64,000 bases of DNA from Eledone cirrhosa (lineage: Eukaryota), in assembly GCA_964016885.1 (NCBI GenBank), contig OZ024740.1, positions 206,894,001-206,958,000 on the forward strand, written 5' to 3'. Of the stretch, positions 38,243 to 51,819 are shown piece after piece; the first letter of the stretch is position 1; each line of letters begins with the position of its first letter. The position numbers and the translations under genes were made by a program. Below the pieces are notes generated by a model, which worked only from the letters and a program-made list of their open reading frames with translations, had not been told where the DNA came from and did not search any database.

Positions 38243-40485
38243 ATAATAATAATAATAATGAAAATATTGTGTAAAGTGCTCAGGTGCACTACAACTCATC
38301 AAAAGTGTATGTATAATACATATGGTAATGTACAAACGTCAGGAAAATGAACAATGCATGAGTCATGATATACACATGTGTGCATGTGTATGAAAGGGGG
38401 ACATCAGGTGTAGTTTTGGCGAATTTCGGGAAGCATGAGGGTTTTAAAGGATGCAGTGTCTCGGCAGCTAACAACTGATGCAGGCAGTTTGTTCCATGCT
38501 TCAGCAACTCTAAGCGTGAAAAAATGTTTCCGAAAGTCATGGGAGCTGTGCTGTTTTCTGACTTTGTAGGCATGTCCACGTGTGTTAGACACATGGAGAT
38601 CAAAAAGGTGCTCAAGGTTGTTGTTGGCGAGATGGTTAATAATTTTGTGGGTGTTTACCAAGTCCATTGCCAGATGTCGGAGCTTCAATGAATCCATGCC
38701 CAGGGAAGCATGGCGTTCAGAGTATGTTAGGTGTCTGATGGAGGGTATGCGCTTGGTTGCACGTCTCTGAACAGTTTCCAGGAGGTCAATGTTCTGAGCA
38801 AGATAGGGGTTCCAGACTGATGATGCGAATTCCAAATGTGGTCGTACCATAGCTGTATAGAGCTTTAAATAGATGGCTGGAGAGCGGCTAACAAAGGTCT
38901 TGCTGAGTGATGCCAAGACACCCTCGACCTTCTTGACAATTTTAGAGATGTACTTTGTTCAACGCAAATCGCTGCTGACATTAATGCCCAGGTCACGTTC
39001 ACAAGAGGACTTCTTGATATCAGTGTTGTGCAGAGAGTATGTGGACGCTGGATTTTTCCTCCCAAAATGCATGGTGGTACACTTGTCCACAGCCAGCTTC
39101 AGTTGCCAGTTTGTGATCCATTGCTGCATTGTGTCCAGGTCTGATTGTAGGATAGAGTTATAGATTACAGGATCTGTTCTTTTGATTTCAAGGTACAGCT
39201 TGATGTCATCTGCATATTTCAGTACTGTGGCATTCTTTAAGTTGGCATCTATGTCATTAATGTATAACAAACAAAAGGGGACCAAAAACAGATCCCTGTG
39301 GTACACCAGATGACATCTCATATGGTGAAGAATGCTGTCCTAGAACCGTGACTACCTCTTTTCATCTGAGAATGAAGAATTTCAACCAGTTAAAAAGATC
39401 ATCCCTCACACCCATTGCAGAGAGTTTCGCCATAAGTCTTTTGTGTGGCACAGAATTAAAAGCCTTAGCAAAGTCAAGGTAAACAACATCCACCCATGAG
39501 CCGCTGTCAGTGATTCGGGTAATGTCTTCAAGGAACTTGATAAGCTGATCACAGCAGCTGGAGTTAGGGATAAATCCAAATTGCAAGGGCCGGATGAGAC
39601 TGTGAGAGCTCCAGAAGTTCGAAAATGTTTCTCTGACACAGGATTCCATCAGTTTGGCAATACAGCTAGTAAGACTGACTGGACGATAGTTGACAGGTGA
39701 CGTGCGGTCGCCCTTTTTGAACAGGGGAATGACACTGGCAGTTTTCCACTGCTCCGGAGTACCACCATTGTTGAGACAGTATTGAAAGAAGAAAGAAAGC
39801 TGGTGCAAAAGGAAGTACTTGCCACGTTTGAGAAGCAGGTATGTAACACCATCAAGACTTATTCTTAAGGTGACATCGCAGCATTGCAGGTGTAAATTCC
39901 ATAGTTGTTATGGAATTTGATGTTAGAGATGATGGAGATGGTACATTCTGGTTTTCAACAGTAAAAATGCTTGCATAGCACTCAGCAATGAGTTCTGCAC
40001 ATTCTTTGGGATCGTCAGTGAGGCTTGTGTGGGGATTGCGAAGAGGACCAACTGGAGAGTAAGGTCTCGGCTTTGAATGTACATATTTCCAGAACACCTT
40101 ACTGTTAGGATTGGTTGCTATGCACTGTTCAAATTCAAGCACTGCCTTTTTTGTCACTTGCTTGAGATGGTTGGAAGATTTATTCTGCTTTTTTCTGTTG
40201 GGCATCTGATTTATGCAGTTTATATTCCCGTTCAGCATTCCGAAGTTCTTTCCTGGCACTTTTGGGGTGGGTTTTTTTCTGCTTAAGTGGCACTGATGCT
40301 GCACACACTATCCATATTGAGTCCAGGATGCTCTGGAGTATAGTGTTCACATCTCCAGAGTTATAGAACTCATGCCAGTTTGGGCACTGTAGCTCAGTGC
40401 AGTACAAGTTCCAATCAGCTTTCTTCCAATCAAAGCAAGCAGATTGGAGATGGTTCTGGTTTTTGTTGCTGCCCGCAAGAGCCAG
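38243..40485 (-). mobile_element. CR1/Jockey-type LINE, 5'-truncated and frameshifted
   Basis: NYRPVSLTS, QFGF, VYLDFAKAFNSVPH, YADDIKLY, RDLG, VRPHLEFASSVWNP and TRGH, with a (TTA)n tail at 38243. Confidence 0.92.
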
Positions 40486-40537
40486 ATATATATATATATG
40501 TGTGTGTGTATATATATATATATATATGCATATATAT

Positions 40538-43420
40538 TGCCGGACGAGAATGCAAGGACTTCTCTTTATTTCAGACACGGATAGCTAACATAATCCCATC
40601 CCCCTCACCCCTCCCTATGCCTCCAACCCATCCCTTCCACCCACCCAACGAAATCCAAAACTTCTGAGTTGGTACCATGAGTGTAGGCAAATGAGGTTGT
40701 AGAGATGCTTGAACGTAAAGAAGTTGATGTTTGTTGTGTTCAAGAGACTAGGTGGAGGGGTGGATCTGCTAGATTCCTTGTGGGTAAAAAACGATGCTAT
40801 AAACTTTTCTGGGTGGGAAATGACAATGGGCTGGGTGGAGTAGAAATCATGTTAGCAGAAAAATTGGTAGATAAGGTAATTGCTGTAAATAGAGTGAACG
40901 ACAGAATAATTAAAATAAGACTAGCCCTAAACAGAACTCCTGTGACAATAATATCCGCTTATGCACCCCAATCTTGGCTACCTGGCATTATAAAAGACAG
41001 ATTCTATGAGTCGCTAATGCTCACTACCTCCCAAATAACCAACAGTGACTACATAAATATTGCTGGCGACCTATATGATCATGTTGGACAACATTGTGAT
41101 GGCTATGACGGAATCCATGGAGGCTATGGGTTTGGTACTAGAAATGAGGAAGGCTTCAGAATCCTGGAATTCTGTGACGCTAATAACCTAACTATCTGTA
41201 ACACAAACTTCAGAAAACGAGACAATCACTTGATCATCTATAGATCAGGGGAGCACGCCAGTCAGATAGATTATATCCTTACCAGAAGACGTGGCGATAG
41301 AGTGTCTGTTGTAAACACTAAATCCCTCCCGCGTGAAGAATGCACCTCCCAACATAGCCTCATAGTTAGTGACCTCATAGTCAAGACTAGATGTACTCGA
41401 CAACAGAGGAGGACTACCCTGAGGAGAAGAATATGGAAGTTAAAGGACCCCACAGCTAGTAACAAATTTAAAAGCATATTACTTGATGCTTTTGACAGTA
41501 AGGAAGAGCAATTAGAGTCGTACAATATAGAGGAACAGTGGGAATTCCTGAAAGTTAACCTGCTGAAGGCAACAGATGAAATCTGTGGCTGGAGCAGACC
41601 TATAGGCAGGAGGAGAGTAACTTGGTGGTGGAACAGTAAGGTGGAGGAGCTAATCAAGGCCAAAAAGCAGGCTTGGAAAGTATGGAGGGATGGGGGAAGT
41701 AGAGAAGACTATCAAGTGGCCAGGAGGGAAGCTAGGAGACAAGTGTACTTTGCAAGAAGGGAAGCAGAGGAAAGAAAGTTCAAGCATGTTCTACAACGCG
41801 AGGACCAAAAACGTGAGGTGTTCAGGATTGCAAGACAATGTGTCAAGGAAAACCGTGATATTGTCGGGGAGAAGTGTGTCCGTAATGACGATGGTGTACT
41901 TACCATCACTGACGCTGATAAGAAGGTAGCTTGGAAGTGTCACTATGAGAGACTTCTAAATGAGGAAAATAAATGGGAAAAAGATAGTCTGCCCCAAATC
42001 GATCCAATAGAGGGATCAGCAGTGCAAGTTAAAGGTAGTATAATAAGTAAGGCAATCAAAGATATGAAGACAGGCAAGGCAGCTGGGCCTTCAGAGATAG
42101 TTGCTGAAACGCTGAAAGCATCTGGAATGGTGGGACACACTATGGTCACCCGTATAGTAAACCAGGTCATACAGAATGGCGTCATACCAAATGACTGGCA
42201 TAGCAGCATCATCATTAACTGCTACAAGGGTAAAGGAGATGCCCTAGATAAGGGAAACTATAGAGGCATTAAATTAGTTGACTGAAATAGAGAAGAAATT
42301 CCAAACATGGAAGCATGGCCTAGAATCAAAAGGCCTTAAAGTTAACTTGTCTAGAATCAAAAGGCCTTAAAGTTCTAGTATGTAGAAAGGAAAATAGGGT
42401 ACAGGTACCCTCTGGCAAATGGTCATGCTCAGTGTATAGGAAAAGAGTAGGCAGAAATTCCATATTATGTCCCAAATGCAAACTATGGGTAGATAAAAGA
42501 TGTAGTGGGATCACAGGTCAGCTATTTAAGAACGTATATTTTATGTGGCCGATGCTCAGGTGCAATAAGTAGCAAGTACCCACAGGATACTATCTCCTTC
42601 TATTGCCCAGATGGTTCTATAGAAATAGTGGACACCTTCCGTTACCTGGGTGACAAAATCAGCAGTGGTGGAGGGTGCTCTGAAAGTACAGACTGGAGAG
42701 GAACGAAGCATCCATGCTCCGTTGGATGTGTAATCGTAATATACGTGAACGGCAAAGCATAAATGAACTAAGTGAGAAATTAGAAATAAGAGGGATCAGA
42801 TGCTGTTTACTGGAGAGAAGACTACATTGGTATGGGCATGTGATGCGCATGAAAGACAACAGTTGTATAAAAAAAAGTGCAGAGCGATCAAAATTGATGG
42901 AAGTTAAGGAGTAGGTAGACCCAGAAAAAACCTGGGACGATTTGATAAATTCCAACCTTACACAGTTGCACCTCTCTAAGACAATGTCACTGGACTGAGA
43001 TCTTTGGCGCTACGCAGTAATACAGAAGAGCCGCCTTGCCTAAGTACAAAGCGAAACCTACAGTCAGTAGGCACCTCTTAATCAAATATACACCCCCCCC
43101 CCATTCCCACCTTTCTCTGTAAAGTTATGTTGGTACCACAACATCTAGTCCAAAATAAATGAGATCGTGTAGGTATCATGACAAAAAAAAAACACACAGT
43201 CCACGCTGTAATGTGGCCATGTAGGAAAAACGGTAAAAACCTCCCAGTACACACTGTAAATGTGGTTCGTGTTAGGAAGAGCATCCAGCCATAGAAAACC
43301 TGCCAGACAGTCCTATACGAGTGAGACACGGTCACCCGACCAATCTTGCCTCAAGAAGGACAATTCCCGTCTAAACCCATGCTAGCATGGAAGATAGATG
43401 TTAAACGATGAAGATGATGA
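40538..43420 (+). mobile_element. RTE LINE copy 1: APE endonuclease intact, RT core deleted
   Basis: ORF 40705-42285 has VQETRW, SAYAPQ, GD.Y.HVG and QIDYIL. Large deletions at ~42283 and ~42690 relative to copy 2. 3' UTR and (GAT)n tail present. Confidence 0.93.
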
Positions 43421-43507
43421 TATATATATATATATTATCATCATCATCATCATCTTCGTTTAACGTCCATCTTCCATGCTAGCATGGGTTAGACGTATAT
43501 ATATATA

Positions 43508-44306
43508 TCTATACATATATATAAAACTGTAGTTGTCTGTGTGAGTGTCCTCATTTTTGCAAAGTCTATACAAATCCACATTTCTACTCCGATTGACTTC
43601 AAACTTCTATTTATATATTCCATTTAATCTAAAGATATTAACTGCAGCTTTTATTTTTTAATTTTCTTGTTAAAGGGTTGTTAGGCGCCGGTTATCGATC
43701 TCCGTTGCGCCCTTATAATATCTGTCTGTGTGTCTGGCTGTGTGCATAACGACATTATGACCAACACGTCGTTGCTGATGTATTATCTTCGCCACATTCA
43801 CACACACACATACATATATATATAGACATATATATACATATATATATATATACACATACATACATATACACACACATATATACACATATACATACATACA
43901 TACATATATATATACATACATATACAAACACATATACACATATATATATACACATATACATATATATAAATATACACATAAAAATATATCTATCTATCTA
44001 TCTAGGGTGGGTAAAATTCCCGAGATCCATGGACAAGTTCTCTCCAGTGGTCTCTGTCCCTCATTATCGCTGCCATGTCCTGCGTCTCCAACAGACCAGT
44101 GTCTGTCCTTAGGGCATCAACATATGTTAACCTCGGTCTTCCTCTTCCAGGGGCTCCCACAGGAGCACTGAGTGCAGTGTCAACTCTGGATGTCAGTGAG
44201 CATGTCCAGTTTGTGAGTTTTTAACAGGCACTCACAAATAAACGTTTCTCATTGGAGGTGCTATTACCAATGTTCTTACCCGTGCAATGCCGGGATACAC
44301 TGCTAG
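43508..44306 (+). mobile_element. Non-autonomous Helitron containing a microsatellite and an RTE fragment
   Basis: 5' A|TC, 3' hairpin CCCGTGCAATGCCGGG (44279-94) and CTAG|T. Confidence 0.7.
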
Positions 44307-44326
44307 TATATATATATATATATAAA

Positions 44327-45385
44327 TAATAATAATAATAATAATAATGAAATTATTGTGTAAAGTGCTCAGGTGCACTACAACTCGTCAAAGGTGTATG
44401 TATAGTACATAGAATAATACACAAATGTCAGGGAAGTGAATAGTGTATGAGTCATGGTATACATGTGTGTATGTGTATGGAGGGGGAACATTAGCTGTAG
44501 TGTTGGCGGATCTCGGGAAGCATGGAGGCCTTAAAGGATGCAGTGTCTCGACAGCTAACAACTGATGCAGGTAGTTTGTTCCATGCTTCAGCAACTCTGA
44601 GCGTGAAAAAATGTTTACGAAAGTCATGGGAACTGTGCTGTTTTCTGACTTTGTGGGCATGCCCACGTGTGTTAGACACATGGAAATCAAAAAGGTACTC
44701 AGGGTTGTTGGTGGCAAGATGGTTAACAATTTTGTGGGTGTTTACCAAGTCAGTTGCCAGGCGTCGGAGCTTCAATGTATCCATGCCCAGGGAAGCAAGG
44801 CGTTCAGAGTATGGTAGATGCCTGATGGAGGGTATTCGCTTGGTTGCATGTCTCTGAACAGTTTCCAGGCAGTCAATGTTCTGAGCAAGATACTGGTGAT
44901 GCAAATTCTAAGTGTGGCCGCACCATAGCCATGTACAGCCTTAAATAGATATCTGGAGAGCAGCTGACAAAGGTCTTGCTGAGTGATGCCAAGACACCCT
45001 CGGCCCTCTTGACAATTTTAGAGATGTGCTTTGTCCAACGCAAATCACTGCTGACTGTAATGCCCAGGTCACGTTCACAAGAAGACTTCTTGATATTAGT
45101 GCTGTGGAGGGAGTATGTGGACGCTGGGTTTTTACTCCCAAAATGCCTGGTGGTGCACTTGTCCACAGCTAGCTTGAGTTGCCAGTCTGAGATCCATTGT
45201 TGCATTGTGTCCAGGTCAGATTGCAGGCAAGATCTATAGTGTTCAGGATCGGTCCTTTTTATCTCAAGGTACAGCTTGATGTCATCTGCGTACTTTAGTA
45301 CCGTGGCATTCTTTAAGTTGGCATCTATGTCATTAATATATGCCACAAACAAAAGAACAGATCCCTGTGGTACACCAGATGACAT
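44327..45385 (-). mobile_element. CR1/Jockey-type LINE 3' fragment
   Basis: SGVPQGSVL, YADDIKLY, TRGH and a (TTA)n tail. Same family as 38243-40485. Confidence 0.92.
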
Positions 45386-45840
45386 ATATACTTATGTGTA
45401 TGTGCTTTATATTGAAAATACAACTGTAAACCAGTTTGTTTGTTCATTATGCTAGGTTTCAAATAGTAGCATTCTTATATCTATGTGTATTAATGTTTTG
45501 GGACCATACACAGTAATATCATATATACTCCATGGATTAGACAGCACAAGAAACTCTATGACACACAAAATTAGCTGGGTCATCTAGGTACAAGGTACAT
45601 TCCTAAACATTTTAATGGAATACAATCAAATATTGTTTGTCCTCGACTGCCGGGTGCAGACTTAGTAAAACATATTCAACACTAAATGATCTTGTCATTC
45701 TGGTGTAGCAAGACATAACAGATATTGCTTGGTGGGGGTTGAATCAATCCATTGCTATTGTGACTATATTTTTGGTGACTTACATCAACATACATTTGAC
45801 ATACATATATACATGTGTGTGTGTATATATATATATATAT

Positions 45841-46185
45841 ATCATCATCATCATCATCACCATTTTACGTCCGTTCTTCCATGCTAGCATGGGTTAGACG
45901 GGTTGTCCTGTTGTGGGCAGTGTCCGGTCGGCTGACCTTGTCTTGTTCATACGGGAACTGATTCTGGTTTGATTTCTACAGCTGGATGCCCTTCCTAACA
46001 CCAACCTCATTTACAGTGTGGGCTGGGTGCTTTTTTGCCGTGGCACCTCCACAACCTCTTTGCAATGGAATGATAGGGACCCCAGTCCCTATCATCTCAT
46101 TTCTACAGCTGAGTAAACTGGAGCAATGTGAAATAAAGTGTCTTGCTCAAGGAAACAACACATCACCTGGTCTGAGATGTGCTGT
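45841..46185 (-). mobile_element. SINE family B with an RTE-type 3' tail
   Basis: Core CCTTGAGCAAGACACTTTATTTCAC joined to the RTE 3' UTR motif and (GAT)n. Confidence 0.65.
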
Positions 46186-46319
46186 TTTATGTATATATAT
46201 ATATATATATATACATAAATATATATACATACACACACACACACAGACATATATATACACATACACACATACACACAGACATATATATACACATACACAC
46301 ATACACATACACATATTCA

Positions 46320-49300
46320 TATAAAAATAGATTCTTATTAAATGGTCAGTCGATTCTACGAAAATGTAATGTATAATAGAACATTTTCTTCTTGTCTCCT
46401 AAAACTTGGTTCATTCATCCATATATATCTACAATCGTTGCTATCCTATAATTCCGTCTCACTGTTCTAAATTAATCTTCTCCACGCTTGTTCTAAATAA
46501 TCTTCTCTTTGCTAACTTGTTCTAAATAATCTCCACTTTGCTACCATTTTGGCCGAAAAAAAAAAAAATTTCCAGGATTCATATAAAAATAGATTCTCTT
46601 TGCTAACTACCCCATATCCCTCCCTCCCGCCCCCACTCTCCACCTTTACTATTTGGACCAATCACAAGTCAACGGCCTATGCTATCACTGCTGGCTGCTT
46701 TTCGATATGATGGATGGACTAAGGAATTTCTGGAGAGTCTGAAGAATCTGGACACTCGATGACAATGCCAAAGATAACGACAAATTCACCTCATGCTGCC
46801 GGACGAAAGGGCAAGCCCCCCCCCCCTCTTTGTTTCGGCCACGGATGGCCAACATAACCCCAAACTCATTCCCCTCACCCCTCCCTGCGCCCCATCCTCC
46901 AAACACAATCCAAAACTTCAGAGTTGGTACCATGAACGTAGGCACCTTAAAAGGCCGCTCTAACGAGGTTGTAGAATTGCTTGAACATAAGGAGGTTGAT
47001 GTTTGCTGTATCCAAGAGGTGGAGGGGCGGGTCTGCTAGATTCATTGTGGGTAAAAAACGTTGCTGTAAGCTTTTCTGGGTGGGAAATGACAATGGGATA
47101 GGTGGGGTAGGAATCATGTTAGCAGAAAAATGGGCAGATAAGATAATAGATGTAAATAGAGTGAATGACAGAATAATTAAAATAAGACTTGTTCTAAACA
47201 GAACTACTGTGACAGTAATATCTGCATACGCGCCCCAATCCGGACTGCCTGGCGCTATAAAAGACAGATTCTATGAGACACTGATGCTCACTACCTCCCA
47301 AATAACCGACAGTGACTATATAATTATTGCTGGCGACCTAAATGGCCACATTGGACAACATTGTGACGGCTATGACGGAATCCACGGAGGCTATGGGTTT
47401 GGTACTAGAAACGAGGAAGGCTCCAGAATCCTGGAATTCTGTGATGCAAACAACCTAACTATCTGTAACACTAACTTCAAAAAACGAGACAATCACTTGA
47501 TCACCTACAGATCAGGGGAACATACAAGCCAGGTAGATTATATCCTTACCAGGAGACGTGACAGAGTGTCTGTTGTAAACACTAAATCCCTCCCCAATGA
47601 AGAATGCACCTCCCAACATAGACTGATAATTAGCGACCTCATAGTCAGGACGAGACGTACTAGACAGCAGAAGAGGACTATCCTCAGGAGAAAAATATGG
47701 AAGCTAAAGGATCCCACAGCCAGAAATAAATTTCAAAGCATATTACTTGATGCTTTCGACAGTAAGGAAGAGCAATTAGAGTCGTACAAGGTAGAGGAAC
47801 AGTGGGAATTCCTGAAAGCAAACCTGCTGATGGCGGCAGACGAAGTCTGTGGCTGGAGCAGGCCTGTAGGCAGGAGGAGAGTAACATGGTGGTGGAACAG
47901 TAAGGTGGAGGGGTTAATCAAGGCCAAAAAGCAGGCTTGGAAAGCATGGCGGGATGGGGGAAGTAGAGAAGACTATCAAGTGGCCAGGAGGGAAGCTAGG
48001 AGACAAGTGTACTTCGCAAGAAGGGAAGCAGAGGAAAGAAAGTTCAAGCATGTTCTACAATGCGAGGACCAAAAACGTGAGGTGTTCAGGATTGCTAGGC
48101 AATGTGTCAAGGAAAACCGTGATATTGTCGGGGAGAAGTGTGTACTTAACGATGATGGCGTACTTGCCATCACTGACGCTGATAAGAAGGTAGCTTGAAA
48201 AGGCTACTAAATGAGGAAAATAAATGGGAGAAAGACAGTCTCCCCCACATCGACCCAATAGAGGGACCAGCAGTGTTAGTCGAAGGTAGTATAATAAGTA
48301 AGGCAATCAAAGATATGAAGACGGGTAAGGCGGCTGGGCCTTCGGAAATAGTTGCTGAGATGCTGAAAGCCTCTGGAACGGTGGGACACACTATGGTCAC
48401 CCGGATAGTAAACCAAGTCATACAGAATGGGGTTGTTCCGAAGGACTGGCGTAGCAGCATCATCGTTAACTGTTACAAGGGTAAAGGTGACGCCCTAGAT
48501 AGGAGTAACTATAGAGGCATTAAATTAATCGACCAGGTCATGAAGGTCACGGAAAAAGTAATAGCGCAACTAATCAGAAAGAGAATTGATCTAGATGAAA
48601 TGCAGTTCGGGTTTGTGTCAGGAAAAAGTACCACAGACGCGCTTTTCATTGTACGACAACTACAGAAGAAGTACCTAGCTAAAAGTAAACCCCTATACTT
48701 AGCTTGTCGACTTGGAGAAAGCCTTCAACAGAGTCCCCCATTCCATTATCTGGTGGGCTCTTAAAAAACTAGGTGTTGACGAATGGCTTGTGAGAGCTAT
48801 ACAAGCCATGTATAAAGAAACAGTCAGCAAGGTTAGAATTAACAACGAATATAGTGAAGAGTTTAGCGTAAAAGTTGGTATCCATCAGGGCTCTGTTCTT
48901 AGCCCCCTCCTATTTATTATTGCCCTTCAGGCTATAACAGAGGAGTTCAAGACAGGCTGCCCATGGGAACTCCTATACGCAGATGATCTAAGGCTCATAG
49001 CTGAATCAATGGCCGAGCTAGAGAAGAAATTCCAAACATGGAAGCACGGCCTAGAATCAAAAGGCCTTAAAATTAACTTGGCTAAGACTAAAGTTCTAGT
49101 TTGTAGGAAAGGAAATAAGGCACCGGTCCCTTCCGGGAAATGGCCATGCTCAGTGTGTAGGAAAGGCGTAGGTAGAAACTCCATTTTATGTCCCAAATGC
49201 AAAGTATGGGTGCATAAAAGATGTAGTGGGATCACAGGTAAGCTAACTAAGAACACAGATTTTACATGTGACCGGTGCTCTGGTGCAATAAGTAGCAGCA

Positions 49301-50318
49301 AGTGCCCACAAAATACTAGCTCTTTCCATTGCGCAGAGGGTTCTATAGAAATAGTGGACAGCTTCCGTTACCTGGGTGACAAAATCAGCAGTGGGGGAGG
49401 GTGCTCTGAAAGTACAGTAGCTAGAGTCAGAACTGGATGGAAAAAGTTCAGAGAGCTTATACCACTATTAGCCGCTAAAGGGTTCTCCCTAAAAATGAAA
49501 GGCAGGTTGTATGATGCCTGCATACGAACAGCAATGTTGCATGGCAGTGAGACCTGGGCATTGTGTGCAGAGGATATACGCAGACTAGAGAGGAACGAAG
49601 CTTGCATGCTCCGCTGGATGTGTAATAGTAATATACGTGAACGGCAAAGCATAAACGAACTAAGGAAAAAATTAGAAATAAGAGGGATCAGATGTTGTTT
49701 ACTCAAGAGAAGGCTACGTTGGTATGGTCATGTGATGCGCATGAAAGACGACAGCTGTATAACAAAGTGCAGGGCAATAAAAATAGATGGTAGCCACGGA
49801 GTAGGCAGACCCAGAAAAACCTGGGACGAGCTGATAAATTCCGACCTCACACACTTACACCTCTCCAAGACAATATCACTGGACCGAGACTTTTGGCGGT
49901 ACTCAGTAATAGAGAAGACCCGCCTTACCTAAATACAAAGTAAAACCTACTACAGTCAGTAGGCATCTCTAACAAAATACACCCCCGTCCCACCGTCCCC
50001 ACCCCATCCACACCGCCCCTTTGAATGTAAAGTTATGTTGGTGCCACAACATCCAGGCCAAAACAAATGAGATCGTGTAGGTGTCACGACAAAAAACACA
50101 CTGTCCACGCTGTAATGTGGCCGTGTAGGCAACACGGTAAAAACCTCCCAGACCCACACTGTAAATGTGGTTGGTGTTAGGAAGGGTATCCAACTGTAGA
50201 AAACCCGCCAGACAGTCCTATGCGAGCAAGACAACCACTCTTGCCTCAAGTGGGAAAACTCCCGTCCAAACCCATGCAAGCGTTGAACATGGACGTTAAA
50301 CGATGATGATGATGATGA
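46320..50318 (+). mobile_element. RTE LINE copy 2, near full length with a few frameshifts
   Basis: APE (GTMNVGTL, SAYAPQ, GDLNGH, VDYIL, SQHR) and RT (NYRGIKL, QFGF, IHQGSVLSP, YADD, FRYLG), a PHD-like insert, 3' UTR and (GAT)n tail. The 5' UTR start is approximate. Confidence 0.95.
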
Positions 50319-51487
50319 TATATAGCACTGTCCTGTTCTATATCGATAATGATATTGTTTGAGATCTCAGGTCCTTTATGTGTATGTGTGTGTGAGTGAG
50401 TGTATGTGTGTGTGTGCATGTGTGTGTATGAGTGTGCGTATGTAAGTGTATGTGTGTGGTGTGCATGTGTATGTATGTATGTGTGTGTGCATGTTTGAAA
50501 CTAGTTTTACTGTTGCAGTTATCGTTAGTGATCAGGAGTAATAACAATAAAAGCAACTCAATAAGAAGATACCACCACCACCACCATCATGACAACCATC
50601 ATCACCACCACAACCACCATCTCCAGCACCACCATCATCACTATTCATTATTGTTAGTCTATTTTTCACGCTCCACTAGGCAGACTGGTTTGTGGCTGTA
50701 CTCGCTTCTAAAATTCACAATAATGAAGGTAATTGTCAAGTATAACATGTTGTTGTTGTTGTTGTTGAGTAACCTTCAACTTCTGTAACACACATGCACA
50801 TTATATATATATATATATATAATATATATTTATTAAAATAACAGATTAAAGTTTAAGCAAAGAATCGCTGCTTTCACCCTTAACGGGATCTTCTGAAACT
50901 AACAAAGTCAATATATATATATGTATGTCTAACCCATGCAAGCGTGGAAGATGGAGGTTAAACGAAGATGATGATGATGATGTTGTGAGTGAGTCCCAGG
51001 TTCAATCGGGGGGTAGCAAAAGTAAGTAAGGTACTTAGTAGAGTGTAAACACCATTTTTCATTCAAAAGAAATATATATATATATATATATATACATATA
51101 TATAAAAAAACAAAGAAAGTGTGGTAAGGAACCAGGTGGACCAGAACACACCAGAGTATTCGACACTTAGGGTAGTAGAGTGGGTCATAGGAAAAGAGTC
51201 AAGCCCCCCTGCCACCCCTCGATAACTATGAAGGGATTTAACCATGTACATGACTTCCCAAAATCATTGACCACTCCCTGTGACAGACAAGAAAAACAAC
51301 CAATTTTTAGGATTGTTTGATTTGATACTTCTGCTTTTTTTTGTTTTGACTGCATGCCCATATATGGACTGTACCCCTTGATAAGTTCAGCTAGATTCCT
51401 ACCGTCCTAATACTGCTGGGTTAGTTCGGATCTAGCTGTTGAAATGGCCGGAGCTCAGCCGTCAGGGTCCTGACTCTTTTACTATAC

Positions 51488-51518
<31 letters not shown>

Positions 51519-51819
51519 CAGGGGCAAAGGGTGTGTGCATGCATTATAGAATCTTGAGTTGATCAATTGCGTCGGTTGAAGCAAGCAGAATGTTGGCTGC
51601 TTACTAAAACGTAGAAACATAAAAAGATAACACACACACTAGATAACACTACATGCGGCTTTGACCGGGAGGGTCATTTAGAGAGAATTGGGGGGGGGGG
51701 GGGGTAAGGCTGCACAGCCCCACTTTCCGCCATGGTGATTGGACTGCATGCCCTGCTTTCCAGGTTACCCTTCGCCACTGATATATATATGTAATATATC
51801 TCTAAAGTCTGTCTGATTA

